A DNA stretch of 64,000 nt from a virus. This document shows, piece after piece, positions 1-10,686 of this stretch. Below the pieces are notes generated by a model. That model was given only the letters and a program-made list of their open reading frames with translations, did no database searches and was not told the DNA's origin. A program made the position numbers and the translations under genes. The DNA is taken from the IMG/VR virus record IMGVR_UViG_3300025288_000013, positions 1 to 64,000 of that record. One strand, written 5' to 3'. The first letter of the stretch is position 1, and every line of letters starts with the position of its first letter.

Positions 1-1045
1 GTCTTAATTGATTGTGTGAAGTCCACCCATGAGCAAATACTAATGAAAGGATTTCTTGGTTAATTGATTGTGCCAACTCTTCGGTTCCAATAATGTCACC
101 CATTTCACGCAAGTCCACATCCTCCTCCATTAACATATCCTGATACATTTCACGTGTAAAAGCGATTTTAACTTTGTGGGTTTGTGCACTAAAATTACTA
201 CTCCATTTTCTAAAACCAACGGTTCTGTAATCTCTTGCCTCGCCAACTTGTCTTGAATTACCTTTATGAATTGTTGAACCATCATGTCCACCAGTTCTAT
301 AAACGTCTGTATCATTTAAACCAGCTGCAGCAAACCCCTGTATGTGGTTCATGTTAGCAGAAGTATAATCAACAGTTGTTGGATCAAAACCAAAGAAATT
401 ACCAATACTTGTATAAATACCAGCAGTAGCAGTCCCTAACATTGTTTCAATTGTATCCGTAGCAAAAGCAGGATCAACCGCACCAGTTCTAAATACGGCG
501 TAACCAAGAGATCTGTCCAATCCAATATAAGTCACAGCAAGTATTTGATTACCAGCATTTGCATCAGTTATATTGTAAGAAGTACCAACAACTAATGCTG
601 TGGGTGCACCTGTAACAGCCAATTTTACAACAAATATTGATGGTAAGTTTGCATTGGTACTTGTACCATTGATAACTCCACCGGCATAAACTGGCTCCAA
701 AATATTAACTTGCAAATTTGATTTTGTCATTTGCTTACTATGTATGATATCAAATCCAACCGTAGTTGCATAAGCATCAACAAATAAACCAAACAATTCA
801 TCAAACATTTCGCCTGATCCTCTTGATTTGTCACCAGCATTGTTTGGGTTATTACCAAAACTAAAAGTACCTCTACCAACAGTATTACCTGGCGTAGCAG
901 CCTCTAAGAATTTTTTACGTACTAAAGCTGCTTCAACCATTCTTTGTAATTTTGATGGTGTAACTTTTATACCTCTTTCGTCTAATCTTGCAGAGATTTT
1001 ACTCTTATAAGTTTCGACCATTTTTTGTTTAATTATTCTGTTCAT
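1..1045 (-). CDS. Major capsid protein, T4 gp23-like (5' part; runs off the window start)
   Basis: Not in the ORF track because it is truncated. Manual translation from ATG at 1045 gives MNRIIKQKMVE...FLEAATPGNTVGRG...TVGFDIIHSKQM...YAGG; near the window start it reads AQTHKVKIAFTREMYQDML...EELAQSINQEIL, resembling the gp23 motif A-x-SR-x-LKA-x-Y-x-x-E-x-x-QDL...EINREV. It lies directly downstream of the prohead protease. Confidence 0.85.
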   Translation of the reverse strand, partial: MNRIIKQKMVETYKSKISARLDERGIKVTPSKLQRMVEAALVRKKFLEAATPGNTVGRGTFSFGNNPNNAGDKSRGSGEMFDELFGLFVDAYATTVGFDIIHSKQMTKSNLQVNILEPVYAGGVINGTSTNANLPSIFVVKLAVTGAPTALVVGTSYNITDANAGNQILAVTYIGLDRSLGYAVFRTGAVDPAFATDTIETMLGTATAGIYTSIGNFFGFDPTTVDYTSANMNHIQGFAAAGLNDTDVYRTGGHDGSTIHKGNSRQVGEARDYRTVGFRKWSSNFSAQTHKVKIAFTREMYQDMLMEEDVDLREMGDIIGTEELAQSINQEILSLVFAHGWTSHNQLR

Positions 1046-1081
1046 CTTTTTTAATTTTAAAGTGTGTAAAAATTTATATAT

Positions 1082-4000
1082 TTATATTTTAGAACCATAT
1101 TCGTTTATTACCTCAACAATTTCTGTATCATTTAACATACCTACAGCTTCTAAAATTTCTTTTTGATTACTTTTGTCCAAATTACCAAACTTAATCAAAG
1201 ATTCTGAATCTTCTTTCAACATTTCTAACTCTGGATTTTCATCAAGTATTTTTTGTGATGCGTTAGCAACAGCAACCACATCAGCATTTTCTTTAAGTAT
1301 TCTAAGGGTTTTATTTCTTAATGAATTGTTTGATTCTTGTTCCAACAACCTTATGTGTTTTGATGCTGTTTCACAAAATTTTGACACTCTTTCAAGTTCT
1401 GATTCCATCATAGCAATCTTTTCAGCTTGTTCTGTTAACAGTGTGTTTACATTTTTTCTGTAAAAATCTGCACCTTTTTGAGTGATTTCATAATTAAATG
1501 GTACACCGCCACTAAGCAAACCATCTTTTACCAATTTATCATAGTCGTTTTTTAATTTTTTAATTCCATCACCTTTAACACCGAACCACTCAATTAAACC
1601 GCTCATGTGCCTACCGTTGGTACTAATGATTGGTGCCAGCAATTTAATTGCTGAACCAATATCTTCTGGTGATTCTGTTAATAATGTGTCACTATCTTCG
1701 GCTTCTGTTTCAACAATATAAACCTCGCCAGTTTCGCCATTTTCAACCATAATCATTTCTTCATTTTCTGAAATAACTGTGTAATCAATATTGTCCTGAT
1801 CATCTGTTATACCATGAATTTCAATACTATTTTCGTCAGTTTCAACCATCGTAACCTCTTCATCAGTTTCAACCTCTTCAATAGAGTCATCGAGATTAGC
1901 CATTTCTTCATTTTCAAACAATTTTATAGCATTTGCTCTTCTTGATTTACTTCTTGAAACTGATTCAATAAGTTTTTTGACTGATTTCACTTTTTTGGAT
2001 TCTGTTAATGCTGATTTTGAAATTTCTTTAATTGATTTGAAGTTGTTTTCTTCAGCATAATCAAAGAATGCTTTTCTTGAATCTTTATCCATCATTTTGA
2101 ACAAGTCATTCATTTGTTTTCTCTGACCATTAATAAGACTTTCTTCTATATAATCAAAAAATTCAATATCAGTCGTGAAATCATGATCTTTTGCTAAATC
2201 TTTTGCTGATTTTGATTCTGTTAACATATCACATTCGTTTTCAATCATAACTTTTTTACCATAAGTATCAAAAACCCAATCTTTGAGATCGACATAATCT
2301 TGATCCATGCCTTTAACAATTTCACCTTTATCAGATATAATTTGTAAAGATTTGGCAAAAGTGTTGGATATTCTATCAATGATGCCAGCCTTTTTGCCCT
2401 CTCTTACTTCCATATCAGCCCATTTAACAACACCAGTAGGTAATTTTGATGAAAAATCATTTTCAGTTAATTTTTTATTATCCATCAATTCTTTGAACTG
2501 ATCAAGTGACAATTTAATTGATTTTCCATCTTTGTCTAATATTCTGTTAGTACCATCATACTTAGATAAAGTGTATTCACCAGAACCAACAACAGTACCA
2601 TCTGACAATGTTTTATCTTTTGGTATACGTATTTTATCACCAACTGTTTCAGTTAATTTTATTGATTCATCATCTGTTTCAAACAATTTTTCTGTTTTAT
2701 CAGTTAATCCGCCAAGTTTTTTTAATTCAGCCTTAGCACCATCAGCATCTTTTCTAATTTTGTCAGCCTTATCATTATCACCATCTGCAAGAGCATTTCT
2801 CCAAGCATTAGCCATCCTTGATAATTTTTCTCTTAGGTTAAGAATTTCTGTATCATTAGCATTTTCTGTTAGTTCTTCAGTTTCCACAACAAGTATGTCA
2901 CCTGTTTCTTCGTTTTCAACCATTAATGTTTGATCGCCAAATTCATCAACTTCTGTTTCAGAAATAACTGAATAAGTTGTTGGTTCTTCATTAACACCAA
3001 CGATTTCAACGTGATTTTCATCGGTTTCAGTTATTTCAACTGTATCATTGATTTCAACATCTTCAAGAGTTTTATCAAGTTTAGCTATTTCTTCTGATTC
3101 AAACAATCTAATGGCTTTACCTCTTTTAGAAATGTTTTTTGACACAGATTCAACAAGACGTTTTACAGATTTTACTTTGATTGTTTTCATGTTTTCTGTT
3201 AGTTTTACCGATTCAAACAAAAATTCATAAAAATCTGGATCAATATTCCAAGCATTTTTAATATATTTTAAAACTTCATCGGATGACATTTGCTCTATAT
3301 TTTCATTATCATAATCACGAGCATCCATTTCTGATCTCAAAGCCTTTTTTATTTTTTCTCCGTCTTCACCATATTTTTTTAGAAATTTATCAAGCGTATT
3401 AGAATTTTCCGTTAATTTTATCATTTTTTCTAAACCTTTGTTGATATTTTCTTTCTTAATTTTTATGTCACCATTGGCAACAATAAAGAAATCAACACCA
3501 TTTTTAAAATTTTTTTCCAAATAATCAATTAATTCTTCAAATTTCTTGAATTTATCAATATCATGTGTTGGTTTATTGATGTGAATAGTATCTTCCATAG
3601 AGTTTTCTGTTAATTTTAATAAATCACTTAGTTCTAACTCCCCTGGAGAATCATCTTTATATATATCATCCCCATCTGGGTCTGACCAAATTTTTACTTT
3701 GTTTCCGTTTTTGTCAATAAAACTAAATTCTTTGCTGTTTTCAATATCTTTTGACGCTAATAGTTCGCTAATAGTTTTACCAACCTTTGATTTTTTTATG
3801 GTTTCATAAGCTTTGTCTATTGTTGATTCGGTTAATTCGGTTTTATCAAGATTTTCCAATTCATCAACAATTTCCATTTGTAAAGTTTCCTTTTCTTCTT
3901 CAGACATAGAATCATTTTCAACCAATTTTCTGTATTTTCTGTTGATTTTAACAGTTTCTAACAAGGCTTTTGTATTATTTGATTTTTTAGCTTTTAATCT

Positions 4001-5269
4001 TATTGATTCCAACAATTCTTTAACTTCTTCTTCTGATTTTGGTTCTTCGTTTTCAAACATGTGACCTAAACCAACCAATTCTGAAACAACTAAATCAGTC
4101 AGTTCAATGTCACCACCTTTGCTTTTTATATAATCTTCCAAATCTTTAACTTTTTTTATTTTGTCAGCCAATTCTTTGTCAGCCACAATTTCTTTTGCGA
4201 TTCCTTTTTCAACGCTATCAGTTGATCCAGTTTCAGTCAATTTTTTGTCTAAAAGTTCAATTTCATCAATTATTTTTTCCTCTTCAGCGGTTTTTTCCTC
4301 TTCAGGCATAGAGTTATTTTCAACCAATTTTTTGTATCTTGTTTTGACACGTTTTGCTTCAAAAAGCACTTTCATGTTTTTCACAGTTTTTGCCTTTCCT
4401 CTAATAGATTCAATCATTTCCAATAATGGATCATCTTCGTCTTCAACTATTTCCCAAGATTCCTTGTTTTCGTTATACATAACTTCAGTTTTAGTACCAT
4501 CGATGTCAATCTTAGAAAACCATGCACCGTTATTTTTATGGGGTTTTTCCAATAAATTGTGTTCAGCACCATTAATTATTATGGCTTCATTTCCATTATA
4601 TTCTGCTATATTCATTTCTGTTAATTTTTGGTTATCTATTTTATTTTTTGGTACAATTTTTACTGATTCTGTTAAATTTTCTCCGCTCTTAGCATCATAA
4701 ACTCTTAATGTTGTACCACCCATACCACCAGATCCAACAACATCATATGTATAAAGCGTATCAAGATAAGCCTCACTTGTATCTTCGTTTAAATATCCTA
4801 TTGCTCTTGAAGAAATTGAAAGAATCCCACCATTTTCAAGAACAACTATTAAATCATAACCACCGCCAATAAGTGTTGGTATTATGGTTAATCTAATATA
4901 ACAACAATCTTCTTCTTCATCATACCACAATTTATTTATGATACCACAAATTTCTTTTGTTTTTGCTATGAAATCATCTTCCTCGTTTGGGTGGTCGGCT
5001 GATGAAAATAATCTACCATCTTCGGCAAGTTTGGCTATTCTATCAAATTCTTCAAGATAGCTTTCTTTATTGTAAAATCTTTCATTTGACGACCACCCAT
5101 TTTTAAAATCAATACATTTTCCCTCAAGAACGACAGAATCCTTGTTCTTTAAGTTTGAATTGACTAAATTAGCTGATTCGATAAGTTTTTTAGTAACTTT
5201 CTTCTTGTCTACAACTTTTAAACTAGCACCATCTTCGAAAAGTATTGTAATTTTTTTTGATTTGCTCAT
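1082..5269 (-). CDS. Prohead protease (T4 gp21-like) fused to a ~1200-aa acidic scaffold/core polyprotein
   Basis: N-terminal ~190 aa has NERFY, SADHP, ISSRAIG and YTYDVV (gp21/U9 His-Ser-Asp motifs). The remainder is acidic with many LTE/LVE/LFE motifs and internal duplications. Confidence 0.85.
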   Translation of the reverse strand: MSKSKKITILFEDGASLKVVDKKKVTKKLIESANLVNSNLKNKDSVVLEGKCIDFKNGWSSNERFYNKESYLEEFDRIAKLAEDGRLFSSADHPNEEDDFIAKTKEICGIINKLWYDEEEDCCYIRLTIIPTLIGGGYDLIVVLENGGILSISSRAIGYLNEDTSEAYLDTLYTYDVVGSGGMGGTTLRVYDAKSGENLTESVKIVPKNKIDNQKLTEMNIAEYNGNEAIIINGAEHNLLEKPHKNNGAWFSKIDIDGTKTEVMYNENKESWEIVEDEDDPLLEMIESIRGKAKTVKNMKVLFEAKRVKTRYKKLVENNSMPEEEKTAEEEKIIDEIELLDKKLTETGSTDSVEKGIAKEIVADKELADKIKKVKDLEDYIKSKGGDIELTDLVVSELVGLGHMFENEEPKSEEEVKELLESIRLKAKKSNNTKALLETVKINRKYRKLVENDSMSEEEKETLQMEIVDELENLDKTELTESTIDKAYETIKKSKVGKTISELLASKDIENSKEFSFIDKNGNKVKIWSDPDGDDIYKDDSPGELELSDLLKLTENSMEDTIHINKPTHDIDKFKKFEELIDYLEKNFKNGVDFFIVANGDIKIKKENINKGLEKMIKLTENSNTLDKFLKKYGEDGEKIKKALRSEMDARDYDNENIEQMSSDEVLKYIKNAWNIDPDFYEFLFESVKLTENMKTIKVKSVKRLVESVSKNISKRGKAIRLFESEEIAKLDKTLEDVEINDTVEITETDENHVEIVGVNEEPTTYSVISETEVDEFGDQTLMVENEETGDILVVETEELTENANDTEILNLREKLSRMANAWRNALADGDNDKADKIRKDADGAKAELKKLGGLTDKTEKLFETDDESIKLTETVGDKIRIPKDKTLSDGTVVGSGEYTLSKYDGTNRILDKDGKSIKLSLDQFKELMDNKKLTENDFSSKLPTGVVKWADMEVREGKKAGIIDRISNTFAKSLQIISDKGEIVKGMDQDYVDLKDWVFDTYGKKVMIENECDMLTESKSAKDLAKDHDFTTDIEFFDYIEESLINGQRKQMNDLFKMMDKDSRKAFFDYAEENNFKSIKEISKSALTESKKVKSVKKLIESVSRSKSRRANAIKLFENEEMANLDDSIEEVETDEEVTMVETDENSIEIHGITDDQDNIDYTVISENEEMIMVENGETGEVYIVETEAEDSDTLLTESPEDIGSAIKLLAPIISTNGRHMSGLIEWFGVKGDGIKKLKNDYDKLVKDGLLSGGVPFNYEITQKGADFYRKNVNTLLTEQAEKIAMMESELERVSKFCETASKHIRLLEQESNNSLRNKTLRILKENADVVAVANASQKILDENPELEMLKEDSESLIKFGNLDKSNQKEILEAVGMLNDTEIVEVINEYGSKI

Positions 5270-5300
5270 TCTTGATTATATTTTCAGTATTTATTGTAGT

Positions 5301-5329
5301 TGTAACAATATTATTTGCCTATGGTTTTT
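5301..5329 (+). promoter_or_regulatory. TGTAACAA-N15-GTT promoter (HD hydrolase/clamp loader operon)
   Basis: One of 13 exact-spacing copies. Confidence 0.8.
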
Positions 5330-5349
5330 ATAAAACAAAATTCAATTCT

Positions 5350-5955
5350 ATGAATAAAAATGTTCTTAAGGGTATCCATAATACAAATCCTGATTTATGC
5401 AAGGATGGTGTAATAACATGTGGTAATCTTATGCCATATGATCTTATTAATTTTGATAAAAGTATGGTAGATATGGATTTTATGATAAATTCTGTATCAA
5501 AAATAAACAGATACAATGGTCACAACAAACACAAAAACGGTTATTCTGTGGCACAACATTCGCACATAATGGCTATGTCTGCTTTAATGTGCTATGGTGA
5601 CATAGAACTGGCAAGACAATGTTTGTTCCATGATTTACCAGAGGCATATGTTATGGACATGGTAAAACCCATGAAAAATCTAATGGGAAAAACATATGCT
5701 GATGTGGAAAAACATGTAGAAAAAGTTGTCTATAAATTTTTAGATTTACCAGAAAAATTGGATTGTAGAGTCAAAGAAATAGACAAAAATATGGCACAAT
5801 TCGAAATGAGTATAATTTTACATGATTCAGAAAATGTTTATGGTTCGTTTGATATTTGGTCAGCAAAAAAATCAAGAATGGAATTTTCAAGAATGGTAGT
5901 TATGTTACTTGAATTATGCAAATACCAAGATAAAAATATAGTTAATTTAAAATAA
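5350..5955 (+). CDS. HD-domain deoxynucleotide phosphohydrolase (YfdR/YfbR/DatZ-like)
   Basis: Motifs INRYNGH, YSVAQHS, LFHDLPEAYVMDMVKPMK and KEIDK. Start moved to ATG 5350, downstream of the TGTAACAA-N15-GTT site. Confidence 0.85.
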   Translation: MNKNVLKGIHNTNPDLCKDGVITCGNLMPYDLINFDKSMVDMDFMINSVSKINRYNGHNKHKNGYSVAQHSHIMAMSALMCYGDIELARQCLFHDLPEAYVMDMVKPMKNLMGKTYADVEKHVEKVVYKFLDLPEKLDCRVKEIDKNMAQFEMSIILHDSENVYGSFDIWSAKKSRMEFSRMVVMLLELCKYQDKNIVNLK

Positions 5956-5958
5956 AAC

Positions 5959-6933
5959 ATGGAAACAGTAACCAAAAATAGATTGTATATAGATAAATTG
6001 TTCACAGAAACGTTTGAACCAAAAGATTACAAAAATTTCGTATTACCAAAAAGAATAAAAAGCCATTTCCCAAATGGCGAGATTCTCAACAATAGTTTGC
6101 TTTGTGGAACCGCTGGTTGTGGTAAATCGTCTTTTGCTAAGTATCTTGGTAGAATTAATAATAATAATTTTTATTATTTGAATTCATCACTTGACACATC
6201 AAAAGGTATTCTTGAAGAGGGTAGCGAATTACACACATTTTGTTCAACATTTTCATTCGAGGGCAAAAGAAAAGTTGTATTGTTTGATGAAATTGACGGT
6301 GTATCAGCAAGTTTTTTTAATGCATTGAAAGGTTTTATGGATACATTCAATAAGGTTAGATTTATTGCCACAACGAACCATATAGAAAACATACCCGCAC
6401 CAATTTTATCAAGATTTTCTGTTATAGATTACAATTTTGAAAGTAAAGAAGAGGAGCAAGAGCAATTTGATGGATATAAGATAAGAATTTATAAAATAAT
6501 GACACATCTTGGTATAGCCGTTGATTCAAAGAATTTGAATGAGTTATGTAAGCGTTATTTTCCAGATTTTAGATCAAGTTTACAATTGTTACAAAGGCTA
6601 ATAAACAACAACATAAAAACAATAGACGAAAATGTTGTTAACAGAAAAAGTTTTGAACATAACGAACTTTATTCTTTAATATTAAATGCAACAACCACAG
6701 ACAATAGGCACATACACACAGAACTAACGTCAATATCGAATCCACTATATGCTATTCATACAATGGACAATGACTTTATGGATTACCTTGAGAAAAATAA
6801 TGCGTCTAAAGTCATTCACTATGGCGATATAATAATAACAATAGCTAAATACAATAACATGGTCAACAATAGAGTTGATCCAATGATATGTTTGAAAGCA
6901 TTAGTATTTGAATTAATAAAAATTGTTAGATAA
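5959..6933 (+). CDS. Sliding-clamp loader AAA+ subunit (T4 gp44/RFC-like)
   Basis: Walker A GTAGCGKS, Walker B VVLFDEID, sensor ATTN, PILSRF and FPDFR. Confidence 0.9.
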   Translation: METVTKNRLYIDKLFTETFEPKDYKNFVLPKRIKSHFPNGEILNNSLLCGTAGCGKSSFAKYLGRINNNNFYYLNSSLDTSKGILEEGSELHTFCSTFSFEGKRKVVLFDEIDGVSASFFNALKGFMDTFNKVRFIATTNHIENIPAPILSRFSVIDYNFESKEEEQEQFDGYKIRIYKIMTHLGIAVDSKNLNELCKRYFPDFRSSLQLLQRLINNNIKTIDENVVNRKSFEHNELYSLILNATTTDNRHIHTELTSISNPLYAIHTMDNDFMDYLEKNNASKVIHYGDIIITIAKYNNMVNNRVDPMICLKALVFELIKIVR

Positions 6934-6941
6934 GCTTTTAT

Positions 6942-7688
6942 TTAATCAAGAAGCATTGTACCATCACCCATAGAATCTTCCCAGGTTTTTTCTATGTCCG
7001 TTATTTTTTTCTCTGCTTCTTTTCTCATTTCGTCAAAATTAATTTCTCTATTACCAATCAATTTTGTTTTGATAAAATTGTTTATTTTTATAAAAATAAG
7101 TGTTATACCTGCCACAACATATTCTTCGAAATCATTCATGTTATACATATGTTCCTCTTCAAGTTTCACACTTACTTCAGCAAACAAATTTCTTAGTGGT
7201 GGTGCCAATAATATTAACTCACAACTGTGTTCACTGTAATCGTATGGTATAAATCGTATGGTGTTTAATTTTAGTAAGCTGTTATATAACCCAATAGAAA
7301 CTTGATTAATAACACCACCTGTACCAACACCAGATCTTGATGATACACCAGATATTGGGTCTGTCCCAACCAATAAGCCTATACTTGTTTGTGAGTGTTC
7401 AAGTCTTGTAACAGATAAAATGTTTCCTGGCAATTTTATAGTGGAACAATTTTGACCATATGAACTTGTGTCTATGAACAAAATGTTTTCCTGTGATGCC
7501 CTATTATCATATTCATAAAATTTTTTTAATGATTTTTCTATTGTCCTTAATATGGTTTTTGGCGGCACATTAAAAGGAAGAATACCATCAATCGACACAT
7601 CGCTAATAACATTATCTATGAATTCTTTTTTTGTCAAAATTTCTACTTTTGTGTATATATTTACTAATAAATAGTAAAATACCACCAT
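6942..7688 (-). CDS. Neck protein, T4 gp13-like (start uncertain)
   Basis: C-terminal LIGNREINFDEMRKEAEKKITDIE resembles the gp13 C-terminus; size is consistent. Confidence 0.55.
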   Translation of the reverse strand: MVVFYYLLVNIYTKVEILTKKEFIDNVISDVSIDGILPFNVPPKTILRTIEKSLKKFYEYDNRASQENILFIDTSSYGQNCSTIKLPGNILSVTRLEHSQTSIGLLVGTDPISGVSSRSGVGTGGVINQVSIGLYNSLLKLNTIRFIPYDYSEHSCELILLAPPLRNLFAEVSVKLEEEHMYNMNDFEEYVVAGITLIFIKINNFIKTKLIGNREINFDEMRKEAEKKITDIEKTWEDSMGDGTMLLD

Positions 7689-7694
7689 ATAAGA

Positions 7695-10253
7695 ATGAAC
7701 AATTTAAGCAATATAAAGTTTTACAATTCTAAGGGGTTTCTTGTGAATAGTAGAATAGAAGAAGACACAATGTATGTGTACATTAATATGGACACAACAT
7801 CTGTTGGACTTGTTCAAAGCCAGACGATTTATGTTTTAGAAGATGTATATAATGGTGGCACAAATGTCCTTAGCAAACCAAAATTAAAATCTGATAATAC
7901 CATATCACTTATTGATAACGAATTTTCTTTATTTAAGGTTGATAATGATTTAAAAGAAATCATAACAAGTTTTGATCATCAGACACTTATATCAGACAAT
8001 TTTGATGATTCTGTGGAAACTTTTGTTGGTGGCAAAAGACAAGAATTATTACCTGTACCAACACCAATAGTTCTAAATGTTATGTTTAGATCAAATGAAG
8101 ACGGCAATTATACGGCTGATTTGACGTTAACAAATAATGAATATAAAATTGTTATTGTTCTTTATTGTGAAAGTGAGGGTACTGACGATAGATTAATAAC
8201 ATTGCTATCAAGATTTGGCGAAAACATAACAAAAAACGAAGAGATAATATTTAGAGAAAGTGATATATCAGATGATATTCAATCAAGTATAATACTTAAT
8301 CAGAAAAGAAAGGACTTATTAAACAACATAAGTAGCCTACCATACTTATCATCAATAAAAGGTTTAGAATTTATAATAGAATTTTTTGGTTACAGCGACA
8401 TAATGACTGTAAAAGAATTCTATTATGATACTGATAACGATAAAATAATCATGTTCGAACATGATGACACAAAATCAAATAGAACAAATTATCAAAAATT
8501 ATCAAATTTTGGATTATTCTATCAACTAAATAAAATTGTTGATGATAGCTTTGATGAATTCAATAATCCAAACACAGAGGATGTTTTTACTATACCGATA
8601 GAGGATATAATAATAAAATTATTTGCCTTAAAAAATTATATAAGTAGTAGACAAATAGGAGGTGTTTCAAGAATCATTGACATAATTGGTGAAAGAATAA
8701 ATTTTAGATCGTATAGAATACAAAATTGGAATAAACATGTTGAATATGTTTCCGTTGATAAACAAGTTTACCCAGAGTTGGAATTAAGTGATTTTACAAA
8801 ATATATAATAGACCTTAGAACCTTAAATATTGGTGTTTGTCATTTGGATCCAGACGATGATTTGAATCCTTTACAGATTGGAACTATACAAAACTGTTAC
8901 GTTGGTTACTTCTCAAATTATTATCAAACAGAATTAACGTTATTTGACGAACCAAACATAGATATTGGTGCGGTGGCTGTTTTAAGAAATTCGACATTTG
9001 ATATATCGTGGAATGAAGCAGATGTTTCTTGGTTTGTGGAAAATCAGCCAATAACAATAACATGGCTTAATATTGGCGGCTTATATTACCACACAACAAG
9101 ATTCAAGATTTACAAAGACGGCTTTTCAAAAACAATAGAGATTGATAATTTATCTGGTGACAGTATAGAAATAATTCTTCCATATATTGGTAAATATAAT
9201 GTAACATTGACATTGATTGGTTATAATAACTTGATAAGTAAGAGAACATTCTATGATTATTTCGAGGTAAAACAAAAAGAGGTAGAATTTACACAATTCT
9301 TTAGGTATCATGATAAAAACCTACAAGTTTTTGAAACAAATAATATGTCATTTGATATACTTTATAATGATTGGAATTCTGTTATATATGATAATGGTGA
9401 GTTTAACATTGATAATGGTGAGGTAAATTTCAAAACATATGAGTTGATAAATTTTATAACACACAAAAATAAACGTGGATTTGGCGAATTAAATTGGGAA
9501 GAATATAATGATGATTCTTGGATAAACTTGGAATACTTGTCATGGAGAGATACTCAATATAACACGAAAAAACTTGCCATTGGTATAATAGACAATTTTG
9601 TTCTTGGTGAAACAATACAGATAAACAATTTTGAATACACAATACCACTTACACATAACGTAAGTAATTATGCTGGTTTGGCTAATATCTTAAATAACTT
9701 TACAGACGATTATACATTCACGCACAAAAAAGATTATCTCAATAACGATTTTATAGAGTTTGTTTCGCCATTTGATGGATTGGATACAAACTTTTATGTG
9801 GGGACAAATGGGAACACAGGCATAGAATCAAATATAAATTTGTGTTCATGGGACAAATTCATAAATGTAAATTTTAGTTCATGGGGTGATATGGTCGTGT
9901 CTTGGGACAACACAAACAAATTATATAGATCTGACGTTGTGGAAGAAGAATTTAATATAGATAACATTAGATATTATACCAATGAAATGGTTTGTCCAAC
10001 TTTTGTACCAATATTCTTTACAACAGACAACAGCAAAATTGTTGGTAAGACCAATGCCACCTATAATTTTTATGATATAAATAACAATATAATAGATACA
10101 ATAGATGGTCTAAATGTTTGTAAAAGATTTGAAAATAGTGGAATTTATACTGTTGAATGCATCATTACTGATACAAATGGTAATCAAACAAAGATAATCA
10201 AACAAAAGATAATCAAAATACTTAAACACAATGAGTTTAGACTGTACAAATAA
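7695..10253 (+). CDS. Large virion structural protein (baseplate/tail-associated, PKD-like C-terminus)
   Basis: 852 aa, beta-rich with W-spaced repeats; C-terminal FENSGIYTVECIITDTNGN is PKD-like; AATAAATA box upstream. Confidence 0.5.
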   Translation: MNNLSNIKFYNSKGFLVNSRIEEDTMYVYINMDTTSVGLVQSQTIYVLEDVYNGGTNVLSKPKLKSDNTISLIDNEFSLFKVDNDLKEIITSFDHQTLISDNFDDSVETFVGGKRQELLPVPTPIVLNVMFRSNEDGNYTADLTLTNNEYKIVIVLYCESEGTDDRLITLLSRFGENITKNEEIIFRESDISDDIQSSIILNQKRKDLLNNISSLPYLSSIKGLEFIIEFFGYSDIMTVKEFYYDTDNDKIIMFEHDDTKSNRTNYQKLSNFGLFYQLNKIVDDSFDEFNNPNTEDVFTIPIEDIIIKLFALKNYISSRQIGGVSRIIDIIGERINFRSYRIQNWNKHVEYVSVDKQVYPELELSDFTKYIIDLRTLNIGVCHLDPDDDLNPLQIGTIQNCYVGYFSNYYQTELTLFDEPNIDIGAVAVLRNSTFDISWNEADVSWFVENQPITITWLNIGGLYYHTTRFKIYKDGFSKTIEIDNLSGDSIEIILPYIGKYNVTLTLIGYNNLISKRTFYDYFEVKQKEVEFTQFFRYHDKNLQVFETNNMSFDILYNDWNSVIYDNGEFNIDNGEVNFKTYELINFITHKNKRGFGELNWEEYNDDSWINLEYLSWRDTQYNTKKLAIGIIDNFVLGETIQINNFEYTIPLTHNVSNYAGLANILNNFTDDYTFTHKKDYLNNDFIEFVSPFDGLDTNFYVGTNGNTGIESNINLCSWDKFINVNFSSWGDMVVSWDNTNKLYRSDVVEEEFNIDNIRYYTNEMVCPTFVPIFFTTDNSKIVGKTNATYNFYDINNNIIDTIDGLNVCKRFENSGIYTVECIITDTNGNQTKIIKQKIIKILKHNEFRLYK

Positions 10254-10638
10254 AATAAAATACCTTTCATCCCAACATTCATTCTCATCAGGTAAGGATG
10301 TTATAAATAATAACTTTACATCAATGAAGAGTTGTTTGCTTGATATGATAGATCAAATAACTACTATAAACAACACACTTCAGATAGATTTTCCAATCAT
10401 TTTTCCACAAAACCCAAATCCATTATCATTTTATAATATGATTTATAGTAACGGCAAATGGTTCTTATCACAAACAAGTGGAAGCGGTGTTGGTGAGGGT
10501 GCTAATAAATATTGGATATTAAGCGGTGAAACACTGACCGTTAAAGCGAGATCACAGAAGCTTGTTCATGATAACCTTATAATAGAGGCTGGTGGGAATC
10601 TGATAATAGAGGCGACTGGACAGTTGGTTATATTATGA
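10231..10638 (+). CDS. Hypothetical, probably virion/fiber-associated protein
   Basis: Overlaps the upstream structural gene; repeated LIIEA-x-G at the C-terminus. Confidence 0.4.
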   Translation: MSLDCTNKIKYLSSQHSFSSGKDVINNNFTSMKSCLLDMIDQITTINNTLQIDFPIIFPQNPNPLSFYNMIYSNGKWFLSQTSGSGVGEGANKYWILSGETLTVKARSQKLVHDNLIIEAGGNLIIEATGQLVIL

Positions 10639-10641
10639 TAG

Positions 10642-10670
10642 TGTAACAAATCAACCTATCCACAGTTTAT
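10642..10670 (+). promoter_or_regulatory. TGTAACAA-N15-GTT promoter (gp62/deaminase operon)
   Basis: Exact motif and spacing. Confidence 0.8.
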
Positions 10671-10686
10671 ATTAAAAAAACTGAAT

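Noticed and set aside
130-1010. ORF-track calls 130-315 (-) and 828-1010 (+)
   Set aside because: Off-frame or antisense shadows of the truncated major capsid gene.
5959-6933. Sigma54 enhancer-binding AAA+ activator
   Set aside because: No GAFTGA loop; motifs match a clamp loader.
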